Source of the DNA: Prevotella sp.
Lineage (GTDB): Bacteria; Bacteroidota; Bacteroidia; Bacteroidales; Bacteroidaceae
Reading direction: 5' to 3'
Assembly: GCA_016291595.1 (NCBI GenBank)
Contig: JAEEXN010000003.1
Coordinates: forward strand, 35,308-99,307
DNA: 64,000 nt
The notes under the pieces are model-generated. The model saw only the letters and a program-made list of their open reading frames with translations, was not told where the DNA came from and searched no databases. The translations under genes and the position numbers were made by a program. Below are positions 7,687 to 17,566 of the stretch, in pieces; the first letter of the stretch is position 1; every line of letters begins with the position of its first letter.

Positions 7687-9807
7687 TTAGAATGTAATAG
7701 GAATCATGACTTTCACTCCGATGTTTCTTCCCATGTTGTAGAAGCCTTGTCCGCCGTCCTCGCGTTCGATGGGCAGATTCTTCATGCGGCTCAGATGACT
7801 CTGGTATGCCTTATTGGTCAGGTTCTCCCCGGTAAGGAAGAGCGAGAAAAGCTTTTTCCCGTTTTTGCAGATGTCTGTACCAGCCGCCATATTTAATAAG
7901 GTGTAGGCAGGAGTGGCTGTCTCCGTGCCATAGGCGGCATGATAGTGGTTCTGCCTGAAGTTGCAGTTGAGGCCAATCTTCACGAACGTATTACTGAACG
8001 TTTGTCCCTGCCGGAAGATGTCGTAGCGCAGTTCCGAGGCCCAGCGCGGAGCAGGTGTCATAGGCAGATACTTGCTGTCGGCAGGCTGATGGAGCTGCAC
8101 GGCATTTACATAACAGAAGGTATTGAGGAAATGCAGCTGGTCAACGGGATGGATGTCGAGGCTCGCCTCGCCGCCCCAAAGGCGTGCGTCGCCCTGCACA
8201 TACTTGAATTCGGGCAGTCCGTCCTTCATCTTGTCGCCATTCTGTTGGGCAAAGATATAGTTGTCGATAAGGTTTACGAACAGGGCCATTTGTGCCGAGA
8301 GATAGTCGTTGGTATAGTCCCAACCGGCGTCTATCTGCCAGCTGTGCTCAGCTTTCAGCTCGTTGTTGCCCACCTCGTAATGCTGGGTGCCTCCATGTCC
8401 GCCGTTCGAAGCCAGCTCGCTCAAGTTGGGAGCGCGGAATCCTTTCGAGAGATTCATGCGCAGGTGCATATCGTCCATCATGTGGTAAACGGCACCGGCG
8501 CTCCCTGAGAATCCTGTGAAGTTGCGGGTGAAACGGTCGAACTGTCCTGCCAGCGCAAAACTGTGCAGATGACGATTGTCGAGCCGCAGGCCGCCGGTGA
8601 TATTCCACTTTCCGATCTCGGTTCCGGCAGTCGCAAACGCACCGATGTCGAAAAGGTTATAGGCGGGAATAAGATACTCTTCGCCCAGGTTTTCCGACTT
8701 CTGGTACATGCCGTTGAGTCCAGCCATCAGCTTCCATCCGTTCAGCTCGGGCAGATGGTAGTGCAGGTCGTAGTTCAGGGTGTGCAGCTTGAGATATAGC
8801 CCCATCTCGTTTTCCTCCTCAAACTCCTTACGCTGGTTTTGCTGATAGCCCAGCAGCACCTTCATGCTTCCGTCACCCATATAGAACAGGTTGTCTATGA
8901 CGGCTTTGTAATGGTATATTTCTTGATAGGGAATGCCATGATGGTAGCTTTTGCCGTCGAAGGCCTCATGCTCATGATGATGCTCATCGTCATCGTCATC
9001 ATCGCCGTCGTGGTCGTGGTGGTGCTCGTGGGCGTCAATCATACTGGGCGTCACGTTGTAGTAGCCCATCCGCAGGTATGAGTGGCCCCAAGTCTTGTTC
9101 AGTCCCAGCAGTCCCGTCACAGCCCGTTCGGCAAACTGCGTGTTGGGCACGTAACCGTCCAGTTTGTTCTTATACGAGTGGGCCATCTTGTCGGTATATC
9201 GCCAGTTCCACACGAAGTCGTTCTTGTTGCCGGCAAAGCTCACCGAGTAGTCGAACAGTCCGTTGTTGGTCTGATACTCGCTGGTTACCGATGCACTCAT
9301 CCTGCCTGCTGGCAAGATCGGCTCGGGATGGAAAATCACCACGCCCGCCATCGCATCCGATCCGTAGAGCAGGCTGGCGGGACCTTTAATCACTTCCACG
9401 CGCCCGATGCTCAGCCCGTCGATCTCTATGCCGTGCTCGTCGCCCCATTGCTGTCCTTCCTGTCGTATACCGTCGTTGATGGTGACAATACGGTTGTAGC
9501 CCAGTCCGCGGATGACAGGCTTTGATATGCCGCTGCCGGTAGTAATTTGCGAAACGCCCGGCTGCCGCGAGATGGCATCGATGATATTCGTTGAAGAAAT
9601 GACTTGCAGCTCACGCTGGCTCAAGATGTTGACGGGAATGGGGAAATCCTTCTGTTTGGCGTCACCCGTCAAGCCTGTTACCACTACTTCGTTCAGCACG
9701 TGGTGGTGCTTGCTGCTGACGATGGTGTCCATTTGTGCATACGCACTATGCGCCGCTCCCAGCCACAGTATGGCGGTAAGCAGCATTAGAATATATGTTT
9801 TGTTCAT
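7687..9807 (-). CDS. TonB-dependent receptor with His/Asp-rich loop (probable metal uptake)
   Basis: TonB box LNEVVVTG; plug KPVIRGL..EGQQWGDEHG and VEVIKGPASLLYGSDAMAGV; FRAPNLSEL; C-terminal Phe; insert HEHHHDHDGDDDDDDEHHHEHE. Confidence 0.92.
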   Translation of the reverse strand: MNKTYILMLLTAILWLGAAHSAYAQMDTIVSSKHHHVLNEVVVTGLTGDAKQKDFPIPVNILSQRELQVISSTNIIDAISRQPGVSQITTGSGISKPVIRGLGYNRIVTINDGIRQEGQQWGDEHGIEIDGLSIGRVEVIKGPASLLYGSDAMAGVVIFHPEPILPAGRMSASVTSEYQTNNGLFDYSVSFAGNKNDFVWNWRYTDKMAHSYKNKLDGYVPNTQFAERAVTGLLGLNKTWGHSYLRMGYYNVTPSMIDAHEHHHDHDGDDDDDDEHHHEHEAFDGKSYHHGIPYQEIYHYKAVIDNLFYMGDGSMKVLLGYQQNQRKEFEEENEMGLYLKLHTLNYDLHYHLPELNGWKLMAGLNGMYQKSENLGEEYLIPAYNLFDIGAFATAGTEIGKWNITGGLRLDNRHLHSFALAGQFDRFTRNFTGFSGSAGAVYHMMDDMHLRMNLSKGFRAPNLSELASNGGHGGTQHYEVGNNELKAEHSWQIDAGWDYTNDYLSAQMALFVNLIDNYIFAQQNGDKMKDGLPEFKYVQGDARLWGGEASLDIHPVDQLHFLNTFCYVNAVQLHQPADSKYLPMTPAPRWASELRYDIFRQGQTFSNTFVKIGLNCNFRQNHYHAAYGTETATPAYTLLNMAAGTDICKNGKKLFSLFLTGENLTNKAYQSHLSRMKNLPIEREDGGQGFYNMGRNIGVKVMIPITF

Positions 9808-9856
9808 TCTGTAGCTTACTTTATTATTTGAAAATAACTTATTGATATAGATAAAG

Positions 9857-10210
9857 TTACAGAATGTATGGAGGCGCGCGTGTGGATTTGTAGGCTATGC
9901 TTCCTATTGGCAGCAGACTGCTGCAGTCGGTCAGGGCGCATAGGGTAGGGGTGAGAATAAATACGGTGATGAGAACGGTGGCAGCAACATACGGCAGATG
10001 GCACATCTGACAGATCACGCAGTCGTGAACTCCCATATGCATGGTGGTAAAGTGGCCGGAGTGTGGCTGATGGTTTACACATTGGGCGCACTCGTTCTCA
10101 TGGTTTGGCTGATACTCGTGGATATGAAAAAACGAGATAAAGAGCATGGGCAAGAATACTGCCAGCAGCACCCTCGACGCAAATGCTCTTCTCTTGTTTT
10201 TGTTACCCAT
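9857..10210 (-). CDS. DUF2946-like Cys/His-rich upstream ORF ending in RAPP
   Basis: N-terminal TM segment, HIH, CAQC, H-rich stretch, HDCVICQ, hydrophobic stretch, C-terminal RAPPYIL; TACCTTTG promoter box at 10247-10240. Confidence 0.78.
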   Translation of the reverse strand: MGNKNKRRAFASRVLLAVFLPMLFISFFHIHEYQPNHENECAQCVNHQPHSGHFTTMHMGVHDCVICQMCHLPYVAATVLITVFILTPTLCALTDCSSLLPIGSIAYKSTRAPPYIL

Positions 10211-10334
10211 GAACGATCATAAGTGTTGGTTTACGGGTACAAAGGTAATAAAAAAACGGAATTTAGCGTTTTTATATGGAAAAATATTACATTCCTTTCT
10301 ATTTTTTGTATTTTTGCAGAAAACATTTCTCTTC

Positions 10335-12329
10335 ATGAATAGATATTTCTTGTCTGCCATTATGCTTTTTCTTACGGCAGTCCTGACGCACGCGCAGACG
10401 AACAATATGCTCATCGACCGTATTATCAGACAACTGCAGATGGCCCCACAGGAGAAGACATACGTGCATACCGATGCAGCGGATTATGCGCCGGGCGACC
10501 GCATCTGGCTGAAGGTGTATGTGCTGAATGCGCTTAGCCACGAGCCTGTCGACGAGAGCCGTTATGCTTATGTGGAGTTGTATGGCCCTGATGGCAGAAT
10601 GGCCGACAGGAAACGAATTATCTGTCGTGACGGAGTCTATGCAGGTTATTTGGACATCCCTGCGAATGCTGCCAATGGAGTCTATTGGCTGCACTCGTAT
10701 ACCCGTTTGTCGCAGGATATGGTGAAGTATCAGGATGCGAAGCCTTTGTACGTCGGAGGGGTAACGGCCCGACACAAGTCTTCGGCAAAGAAAGACGCTA
10801 AGACTCCGGTCGCAGGTAGTGGGCTTCGCTACGAGCGGACGGGAAAGACTATCCGGGTGAGCACATCCCTTGTTGGCGACTCGCTCATGTTGCTGGCCCA
10901 TTGCCGGGCTTATCCGTTTTATTTAGGTAAGATCAGCAGGCAGCAGTCTGTCGTGTTTCATAGCGATTCCATCCCTCAGGGGGTAGTCTCGCTCTTGCTG
11001 ATGAACGGGCAGGCGGAGATTTTGGCCGAGCGGCTGTTGTTCTCAGATAATGGCAGCGAACTGTGCCGTCTGCAGGTGGCTCGTGAAATGTCTGACAGTT
11101 TGCGGCTGGCTCTCTCCATTGCAGACCTGCATGAGGGAGAGCAGGCCGATATCTCGGTGGCTGTGACGGCAGCTGCGTCGCAACAGCGTCATCGCGTCTC
11201 TTCGATAGTGGACCACATGTTGCTCCTGTCGGATGTGGAAGAGGGTGCGGAACGAGTGGGACTGCGCCGCGGGTCACAGGCGGATGTCGACTCTCTGCTG
11301 GCAGGCCAGCGTTGGACACGCTATGATATGAGTCGCATGCTGAAAGGCAATTTCGTGGTGCCGAAGACAATACGCGAGACCTCGCAGACCATCGGCGGAA
11401 GAGTGCGCACGCTCTTGATGCGCAAGCCCGTGGAGGGGGCAACTGTCAGCTTGATTTCTCCTCAGGCGGGCGTTGCGGCCTCTGCGGTAACCGATGCAGC
11501 CGGAAAGTTCTTTTTCCCCGATATGGATTTTCAGGAAGGCACCCAGTATGTGTTGCGAGCTGCCAAAAACACGGGCAACGAGCGGGTGGAGTTGGTGGTC
11601 GACGAGCAGAATTTTCCGCCGTTTTCCGTTCCTAAGACGACAGCCACAGAGAGCGTTCCGGAACGGATCTCGTCGGATGAAGAGCATAGCGCCACATACG
11701 CGCGTTCCATTCATTTGCAGAATGTCGATGTGACAGGCACCCGCCGCAACTCAGCCACGAAGGGAAACATATTCTCCGAGATGTCCGACATGTCGTTCGG
11801 TCTGCATCAGATTGAGGAGATGGACGCCACCTGTCTGCATGAGGTGCTCCGCCATATTCCGGGCGTCTTTGTGCGCGACAACCGATGTTATGTGCGTGCG
11901 GCTACATCTATCTATGGTGATAATCCTGCAGCCATTGCCATCGATGGCATTATTGTCGACGAGGAGTATGATCTGGACAATATCCAAATGCAGGATGTCG
12001 CGCGGGTGGACGTGTTCAAGACTGGGACGACCGTCATTTGGGGCTCGGCAGGAGGCAGCGGTGTCATTTCCATCACGACCAAGGCGGGCAACTACACGGA
12101 GAAGGAGGTCGACATGCCCAACATCAAGCGGTATACGCCCTTGGGCTATCAGCGTGCTACACCCTTCGCCTTGATGCCTGGCGCCCAGCAAACGCTCTAT
12201 TGGAACCCACATGTCACTTCCAACCGTATTGCCGTTTGTCGAGCCGACACGTTCACCGGCTGCCGTATCGTTATTGAGGGTGTCACCACCGAAGGGCGGC
12301 TCATTCATGAGGAGATAGAGTTGGAGTAG
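10335..12329 (+). CDS. Secreted protein with macroglobulin-like N-terminus, carboxypeptidase-regulatory-like domain and TonB plug domain, without a beta-barrel
   Basis: Signal peptide from ATG 10335; PQEKTYVHTD..Y.PGDRIW.K.Y; VTD..GKF.F; LRHIPGV, VARVDVFK..G.G.GVISITTK; TLYWNP. Confidence 0.75.
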   Translation: MNRYFLSAIMLFLTAVLTHAQTNNMLIDRIIRQLQMAPQEKTYVHTDAADYAPGDRIWLKVYVLNALSHEPVDESRYAYVELYGPDGRMADRKRIICRDGVYAGYLDIPANAANGVYWLHSYTRLSQDMVKYQDAKPLYVGGVTARHKSSAKKDAKTPVAGSGLRYERTGKTIRVSTSLVGDSLMLLAHCRAYPFYLGKISRQQSVVFHSDSIPQGVVSLLLMNGQAEILAERLLFSDNGSELCRLQVAREMSDSLRLALSIADLHEGEQADISVAVTAAASQQRHRVSSIVDHMLLLSDVEEGAERVGLRRGSQADVDSLLAGQRWTRYDMSRMLKGNFVVPKTIRETSQTIGGRVRTLLMRKPVEGATVSLISPQAGVAASAVTDAAGKFFFPDMDFQEGTQYVLRAAKNTGNERVELVVDEQNFPPFSVPKTTATESVPERISSDEEHSATYARSIHLQNVDVTGTRRNSATKGNIFSEMSDMSFGLHQIEEMDATCLHEVLRHIPGVFVRDNRCYVRAATSIYGDNPAAIAIDGIIVDEEYDLDNIQMQDVARVDVFKTGTTVIWGSAGGSGVISITTKAGNYTEKEVDMPNIKRYTPLGYQRATPFALMPGAQQTLYWNPHVTSNRIAVCRADTFTGCRIVIEGVTTEGRLIHEEIELE

Positions 12330-12352
12330 GGCAGAAGGTGACGGAAATAATG

Positions 12353-12395
12353 AAGGGGAAACAGCCGCTTCTGCCATTTCCCCTTGATGTGGTTC
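12353..12395. terminator. Hairpin between convergent genes
   Basis: AAGGGGAAA...TTTCCCCTT stem. Confidence 0.55.
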
Positions 12396-14709
12396 ACTTC
12401 AACAACTCATCCAAATAGTTGTAGAAATCCTGGCTTTCGCCCACGATGATTTTATTGATGGTGCCGTCGGGATTAATGATGATTTTCGTAGGATAACCCT
12501 CAACAGCATATTTCTCGGGAGTGCCGTCGGCAGCCTTGTTGTAGACGTGCAGCCAGGGCAACTCATTGTCCTTCACGGCTTTTTTCCATTTCCCTACGGT
12601 GTCGCGGCAGTCAACGCCAATGATTTCGAACTTGCCGCTGTACTTTTTATAGTACTCCTTCATGGCGGGCATGCCCTTGATGCACCATCCGCACCACGAA
12701 CCCCAGAAGTCGAGGATGACCCACTTTCCGCGCAGGCTTGACAGCGTAAGAGGTTTGCCGTTGATGTCGTCGAGGGTAAAGTCGGGGGCTTGCACTCCCT
12801 CCTTGATGGCATCCTTGGCTGCTTTGCGCATCTGCTCGTTCTCAGCCTGTTTCTTCAGGGCATCGATGGCAGGTTTCATACGGCCGTTGGCCACGAAGTA
12901 GTTGATGCCTTTTGCCAGCGTTTCCAGACTGTCGGCAGGCACGGAAGCGAGCAGCGTGACTGCGGCCTCTTGTCGCGGATGGTTTTTGATGTAGCTGATG
13001 ATGTCATCGTTCAACTGTGTACGGATTCTTTGCGCCTCTGCTACATATTTTTCTTTCGCCTCATCGTAAATTTTCTGGTTTTTCACCTTCTGCTTGCCCT
13101 TCACTGAGTTGTCGCGCAGTCCGAGGTCAGCCCATAGCTGTTCGATCTCGACTCTCTTCTCCGTGAGTTGCTTTGTGTAGGGTGCGAGCTGTCGTTGCAC
13201 CTCAGCGTAGTCGGTGTAGAAGTTGGAGCCGCTGATAGTGTGGTCGCTGATGCTACCCTTGACGACTATCTCTTCGCCTGGAATACCTGGGAAACTGATG
13301 CCAGCCATGTAGTTGCCGGGTTCCATGATGCTCATTTGCACAGGTGACTCCAACGGCAGTGTCAGGTCGAGATGTCCGTTGCTGACGGGATATTTCTTCG
13401 ACTCCATTGTTGAGCTGCCAAAGGGAACGGTGATGAGTGTCAAGGAGTCTTTCTGTGTGTCTATGTCGGCCACGATGTGGAGCGACTCCAGCTTGTTGCC
13501 GTAGATGTCCACTACACGGCGGTCCAGGCGTGCGTCGCGGCAGTTGGTTTCCACAATCTCGCCCTTTGGACCGATGAGCACGCAGTAGGGAATGCCATTG
13601 AAGTTGTAGGTCTTGGCCACTTGTCCGAAACCGTCTTTGCAAATCAACTGCGTCCACTTCATCTTCTCCTCGCCCAAAGCCTTGTGCCAGGCCTTGTTGT
13701 CGGTATCCATCGATACGCTCACGATGTCGAATCCCTGCGGATGATACAGGCCATAGAGCTGTTTCAGGTGGGGAATAGAACCGCGGCAGGGACCGCACCA
13801 CGAGGCCCAGAACTCCAGCAACGTGTAGTTGCCCTTGCCCAGATACTCCGACAACTGGTGGTCGCGTCCTTCGGCATCCATCAGCGTCACGTCGGCAAAC
13901 GGAGCTCCCTGGGCGGTACGCTTAATCACGTTGGCATGCTCCAGCATGGTCTGTCCCTGAGTGGTGGCCTTCATCTTGTCGCTGATGGCGGCCACGAGGC
14001 TCTCGATGGTGGGGTTGTCGAAGGTGCCGAGCGACTCGTCGAGTGCCACCACACCAGCCAGGTTGTCGCTGTTGCGCATGATGAAATCTTTCAGGAACGC
14101 GCAGGTGGCAGCCTTGGCAGAGTCCTGACGGGCCAGTTCTTTCACCACGTATGCCATCGGCGTCACGTTGTTTTTATCGTAATACTTACTGTGGAATGCA
14201 TCGCTCAGCTGGCTTCTGCGCTCCGTATAGTCAGTGCGTCCCTGTTTGTACTCGCGGTACAGGTCGTTCAGCGCGGAGCCGCTGATCTGCGTGTTCTTAT
14301 AGTTGTAGGTGTCGTAAACAGCCGTCAGGAAGTCCTCCTGCCAGTCGTTCACATTGCCCTCGACGTTCACTTTCTCGTTGCCCATAAACAACGGTAGTAC
14401 CGGGCGCATAGCTAAACGTCCGTTCTCCTGCTCGCCTCGGTTGTCGTTAGGAAAATACTTCAGCAGCAGCAAGCTAGGCTCAGCGAGTTTGCCCTTAAAC
14501 ACAAACTGTCCGTTGCGGATGATGGTAGAGTCGAGCACCACTGGACGATACTTCGTCTGTTCGTCGGTTCCGCTCTTGCACAAATAGATGGTTTTACCCT
14601 CTACGTTGCCGGTCAGCTTGCCCGTAATCTTGTAGCCTTTAGCCATTACTGTTGTCGACAGCATCACGGCTAATGTCATCATAATCAATCTGGTTGTTCT
14701 CATATTCAT
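12394..14709 (-). CDS. Tandem DUF4369 + TlpA/AhpC-TSA thiol-disulfide oxidoreductase with two thioredoxin domains
   Basis: Signal peptide; LLEFWASWCGPCR with cis-Pro GIP and ILDFWGSWCGWC with GYPT, each preceded by a DUF4369-like beta region. Confidence 0.88.
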   Translation of the reverse strand: MNMRTTRLIMMTLAVMLSTTVMAKGYKITGKLTGNVEGKTIYLCKSGTDEQTKYRPVVLDSTIIRNGQFVFKGKLAEPSLLLLKYFPNDNRGEQENGRLAMRPVLPLFMGNEKVNVEGNVNDWQEDFLTAVYDTYNYKNTQISGSALNDLYREYKQGRTDYTERRSQLSDAFHSKYYDKNNVTPMAYVVKELARQDSAKAATCAFLKDFIMRNSDNLAGVVALDESLGTFDNPTIESLVAAISDKMKATTQGQTMLEHANVIKRTAQGAPFADVTLMDAEGRDHQLSEYLGKGNYTLLEFWASWCGPCRGSIPHLKQLYGLYHPQGFDIVSVSMDTDNKAWHKALGEEKMKWTQLICKDGFGQVAKTYNFNGIPYCVLIGPKGEIVETNCRDARLDRRVVDIYGNKLESLHIVADIDTQKDSLTLITVPFGSSTMESKKYPVSNGHLDLTLPLESPVQMSIMEPGNYMAGISFPGIPGEEIVVKGSISDHTISGSNFYTDYAEVQRQLAPYTKQLTEKRVEIEQLWADLGLRDNSVKGKQKVKNQKIYDEAKEKYVAEAQRIRTQLNDDIISYIKNHPRQEAAVTLLASVPADSLETLAKGINYFVANGRMKPAIDALKKQAENEQMRKAAKDAIKEGVQAPDFTLDDINGKPLTLSSLRGKWVILDFWGSWCGWCIKGMPAMKEYYKKYSGKFEIIGVDCRDTVGKWKKAVKDNELPWLHVYNKAADGTPEKYAVEGYPTKIIINPDGTINKIIVGESQDFYNYLDELLK

Positions 14710-14900
14710 ATTATCTTTTAAATTAATGCTTCTTTTTTGTTTATCGTGGGAATCCTTTTATGTTCTGTACATAGAATCCCCTTTTTATCACTAATACCAT
14801 TTCAGGGTACTTTTGTAACTAGTATTTTTATTTGCTTTTATTTCTTTTTCCTTTGTTAACAGTTCTTCTCTCGCGCGCACTAAGAAGAATAAACACGTCA

Positions 14901-15288
14901 GTGTCACTAAATGGCGGAAATTTCGATGTGTAAAGGGTTTCCGGTTAGTGATACTTCATCCATTCCGCTCATCAGAAGAGGAACGGGAGAGTTGCAGTGA
15001 CGCTATTCTATAGTTAGTTTACAATCAAGTTCTAATTAGCCTATTAACTATGTTGCGATTCGGCATCAATTAGCTGTTCATTAAGCATCAATTACACTCT
15101 AATTAATGCTTAATTGAAGTGTAACTGATCGATTAATTAGCGTGTAATATATATACTAACTCGACTATAATATGTATACTAATTGCAACTGCGATAATAA
15201 TAGAGGATTATTTAGTGACGCCAAACACACCTGCCGTCACTGGGTTCAAATCCTTTCTGCAAGGGCGTTTCCGGTTGTTCGGTGACAG
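14901..15288. repeat. Non-coding element: GTCAC/GTGAC motifs flanking a degenerate AT-rich ~160-bp palindrome
   Basis: IR 14901-14910/14945-14954; inner IR 15088-15098/15118-15128; outer IR 15028-15039/15179-15190; repeated AAGGG(C)GTTTCCGGTT-like motif. Confidence 0.55.
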
Positions 15289-15402
15289 TAGCTCTCTTTT
15301 TATTTCTCAAGTGGGAGAGCCATTTAATAGCTATCTGCTGAATAGGATTCCCGGATAATGCTGGTTTAGCCACAAAAAACGCTTGAAAGTGCAAAAAAGA
15401 AG

Positions 15403-15441
15403 TTGTCCTGAGCAGAAAAGTGCTTTTTCAACTCAGGACAA
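15403..15441 (-). terminator. Intrinsic terminator after the DsbD-domain gene
   Basis: TTGTCCTGAG...CTCAGGACAA stem followed by CTTCTTTTTT on the minus strand. Confidence 0.65.
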
Positions 15442-15545
15442 TATAAAAAGGTGTCATTCTTCTTTTCGCGATGACGGGAATCTGCTATTTCCCGACGACC
15501 GCTCTCTGCGAAGAACATGCGGTCTTTATAGTTGTTTTGTTGTGC

Positions 15546-17477
15546 TTATTTCAGGTCGAAGCTCAGCTCCACGTCGCGCGGAGGCAGACAGGCATGCTCG
15601 TCGCAAGTCTGATAGTTCACGGTACAGGTAACCTTTCCTTTTCCGCTACCCTTCAGGCGCTGACGGAACATCACGTCGCCCTCGTAGATGGTGGTGCCTG
15701 TTGTGCCCAGATTCTTGAACGACGGAATCTGCAAGTCGCCCACCTTCTGGTAGTTGCCCTCGGTCTGAATGTCGAAGGTGGTGGCAATGTAGGGATCCTG
15801 GTCGGAGACGAAGCCGTAGATGTGGAAACCGTTGTGCATCTTCACGCGGATGACCAGCTCTTTGTCGCCGTTGGGCAGGTCGTTCACCACACCGGAGATG
15901 AGCACGGGGTTGTCGCGGTTGGTAGTTCCGCTAATCTCGGGTGTCTTCTGCTCGGGCAGCTCGTTGTATTTCAATACCGAGTAGTCGTTGCCCGGCACGT
16001 TCTTGTCCTGTGTGTTGACCATCCACAGCCATCCGCCGCTCTCGGTGAAGAACAGTTTGTTCTGATAGCGGTTGTACCAGTCGCGGTATTGCTTGGCCGT
16101 CTCGTAGCGCAACAGGGTGTAACGCTCCAGCAGTCGGCGGCCCTTTTCGGCGTCCTGTCCGCTCTCCCAGAGCGAGATGGCCTTGTCGAGCAGTCGCTTG
16201 TCGTTGTTGGGAATGCCCAGGCTCTTGGCATCCTCGTCGAGCTGCAGGCCGTAGCTGTTGAACGAACCGTAGAAGTAGGGAGTGTTCTCTTCGTAGTATT
16301 TGGCGTAGGCAGCCTCGTCGTTGCCGAATTTCTCGTAGAGAGGTCCAGCCTGCTGGCGAATCCACTCGTCGGCGGTGGGGATGGGCTGCGGCTGCCATTG
16401 CAGATACATGGCCATCTGGCGGCCAATCTCCTTGCCTGCGGCCTTGGCTGCCTTGAGCGAGTCGGACAGCTGTTTGGTCTGTGCGTTGAACTGCTCGATG
16501 CTTGTCTTATACTCCTCCCAGCATTTGCGGGTCACGCGATAGGCACTCTCTTTGGCCTCGATGCGGGTGGCAATGCCCTCAGAGAGCTTGCGGGCGATGA
16601 CGTGCTGTCCGGCAAACTTCGAGATATAGACAATGGCGTTGGCCAACAGAGGCTTTGCCTCGTCGGTCATGTCCATGGGTGCGGCGGCAAATCCCCAGTG
16701 GAAGAACGAGCCGTGGCGGCCCAGGGCCATCGCGTCGATGCTCTTCTGGCAGTTGCCGCTGCTGATCCACTCAGCCTCGGGAGAGTCCTCAAAGCCCCAG
16801 GGGCGGCTCACCATACCGATGAGGAACCCATTGTCGGTCATATAGCCCTTGGTGTTGACGCGCCACATCTTGGTGGTCTCGGGCAGCGTCTCGCCCACCA
16901 TCGGGGCAAACTCCTTGGCTCCCTCGGGCGTGGGACGGTCAACGAGCGTCATCTTCACCCGGTAGGGACCTTTGAAGATGGGGTGGCTGGTGCGCATTCC
17001 GAGGGCCCACTGGTCGAGACAGAGGCAATACCAGTCGGTCTTCAGTCCCAAGCGGCGGCCTACGCGCTCGCCCAGTTCGGCCATGGTGATAACGGGGCGG
17101 TCGAAGTCGTCGGGGAAATACTTGGCCTCGATGCGCTTCACGAAGCGCTGTCCGTCCATCACGGTCTGCTGCTGTTCAAGAGGCTTGGGCTGTCCGTCCA
17201 GCACGGTCACGTCGTAGTCGTACGACATCTTGTAGTTGTAGTCGTCGGCCATCACCACCTTCACCGTGGTGAAATACTCGCCCAGGAACTGCTCGAACGA
17301 GGCTGTGCGCTCCTTGATGCTGCGCTCGTTCTCGGCCTTGTCGTAGTCGGTGGCAAACGTCTCCAGATTGGAGTGGCCTCCCACGTAGAGCACACGTAGT
17401 TTCGTTTTCTTGACGGCACCCATCACGGTGATGCTCATCGTCAGCAGCAAAGTGCTGAGCAGAAAGATTTTTTTCAT
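15546..17477 (-). CDS. Secreted protein with C-terminal DsbD-N (DsbD-alpha)-like domain and unknown N-terminal domain
   Basis: Signal peptide; C-terminal GFHIYG...YQTCDEHACLPP (DsbD-alpha Cys pair); N-terminal alpha/beta region with WYCLCL. Confidence 0.78.
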   Translation of the reverse strand: MKKIFLLSTLLLTMSITVMGAVKKTKLRVLYVGGHSNLETFATDYDKAENERSIKERTASFEQFLGEYFTTVKVVMADDYNYKMSYDYDVTVLDGQPKPLEQQQTVMDGQRFVKRIEAKYFPDDFDRPVITMAELGERVGRRLGLKTDWYCLCLDQWALGMRTSHPIFKGPYRVKMTLVDRPTPEGAKEFAPMVGETLPETTKMWRVNTKGYMTDNGFLIGMVSRPWGFEDSPEAEWISSGNCQKSIDAMALGRHGSFFHWGFAAAPMDMTDEAKPLLANAIVYISKFAGQHVIARKLSEGIATRIEAKESAYRVTRKCWEEYKTSIEQFNAQTKQLSDSLKAAKAAGKEIGRQMAMYLQWQPQPIPTADEWIRQQAGPLYEKFGNDEAAYAKYYEENTPYFYGSFNSYGLQLDEDAKSLGIPNNDKRLLDKAISLWESGQDAEKGRRLLERYTLLRYETAKQYRDWYNRYQNKLFFTESGGWLWMVNTQDKNVPGNDYSVLKYNELPEQKTPEISGTTNRDNPVLISGVVNDLPNGDKELVIRVKMHNGFHIYGFVSDQDPYIATTFDIQTEGNYQKVGDLQIPSFKNLGTTGTTIYEGDVMFRQRLKGSGKGKVTCTVNYQTCDEHACLPPRDVELSFDLK

Positions 17478-17510
17478 ACGTCTTGACGATTATTTTATGA
17501 AAAGATGAAA

Positions 17511-17548
17511 ACCAAGGCCAACTTCAAAGAAGAGAGGCTGGCCTTGGT
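17511..17548. promoter_or_regulatory. Intra-operon hairpin after susD
   Basis: ACCAAGGCCA...TGGCCTTGGT 10-bp stem, a possible mRNA stabiliser or partial terminator. Confidence 0.55.
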
Positions 17549-17566
17549 ATCATGATCACAACCATC

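Noticed and set aside
15241-15256. tRNA T-arm-like GGGTTCAAATCC
   Set aside because: No acceptor stem, D-arm or anticodon arm can be folded around it
15471-17399. 642-aa plus-strand ORF
   Set aside because: Antisense shadow of the DsbD-domain gene, with no recognisable motifs; expected from GC-rich third-position codon bias
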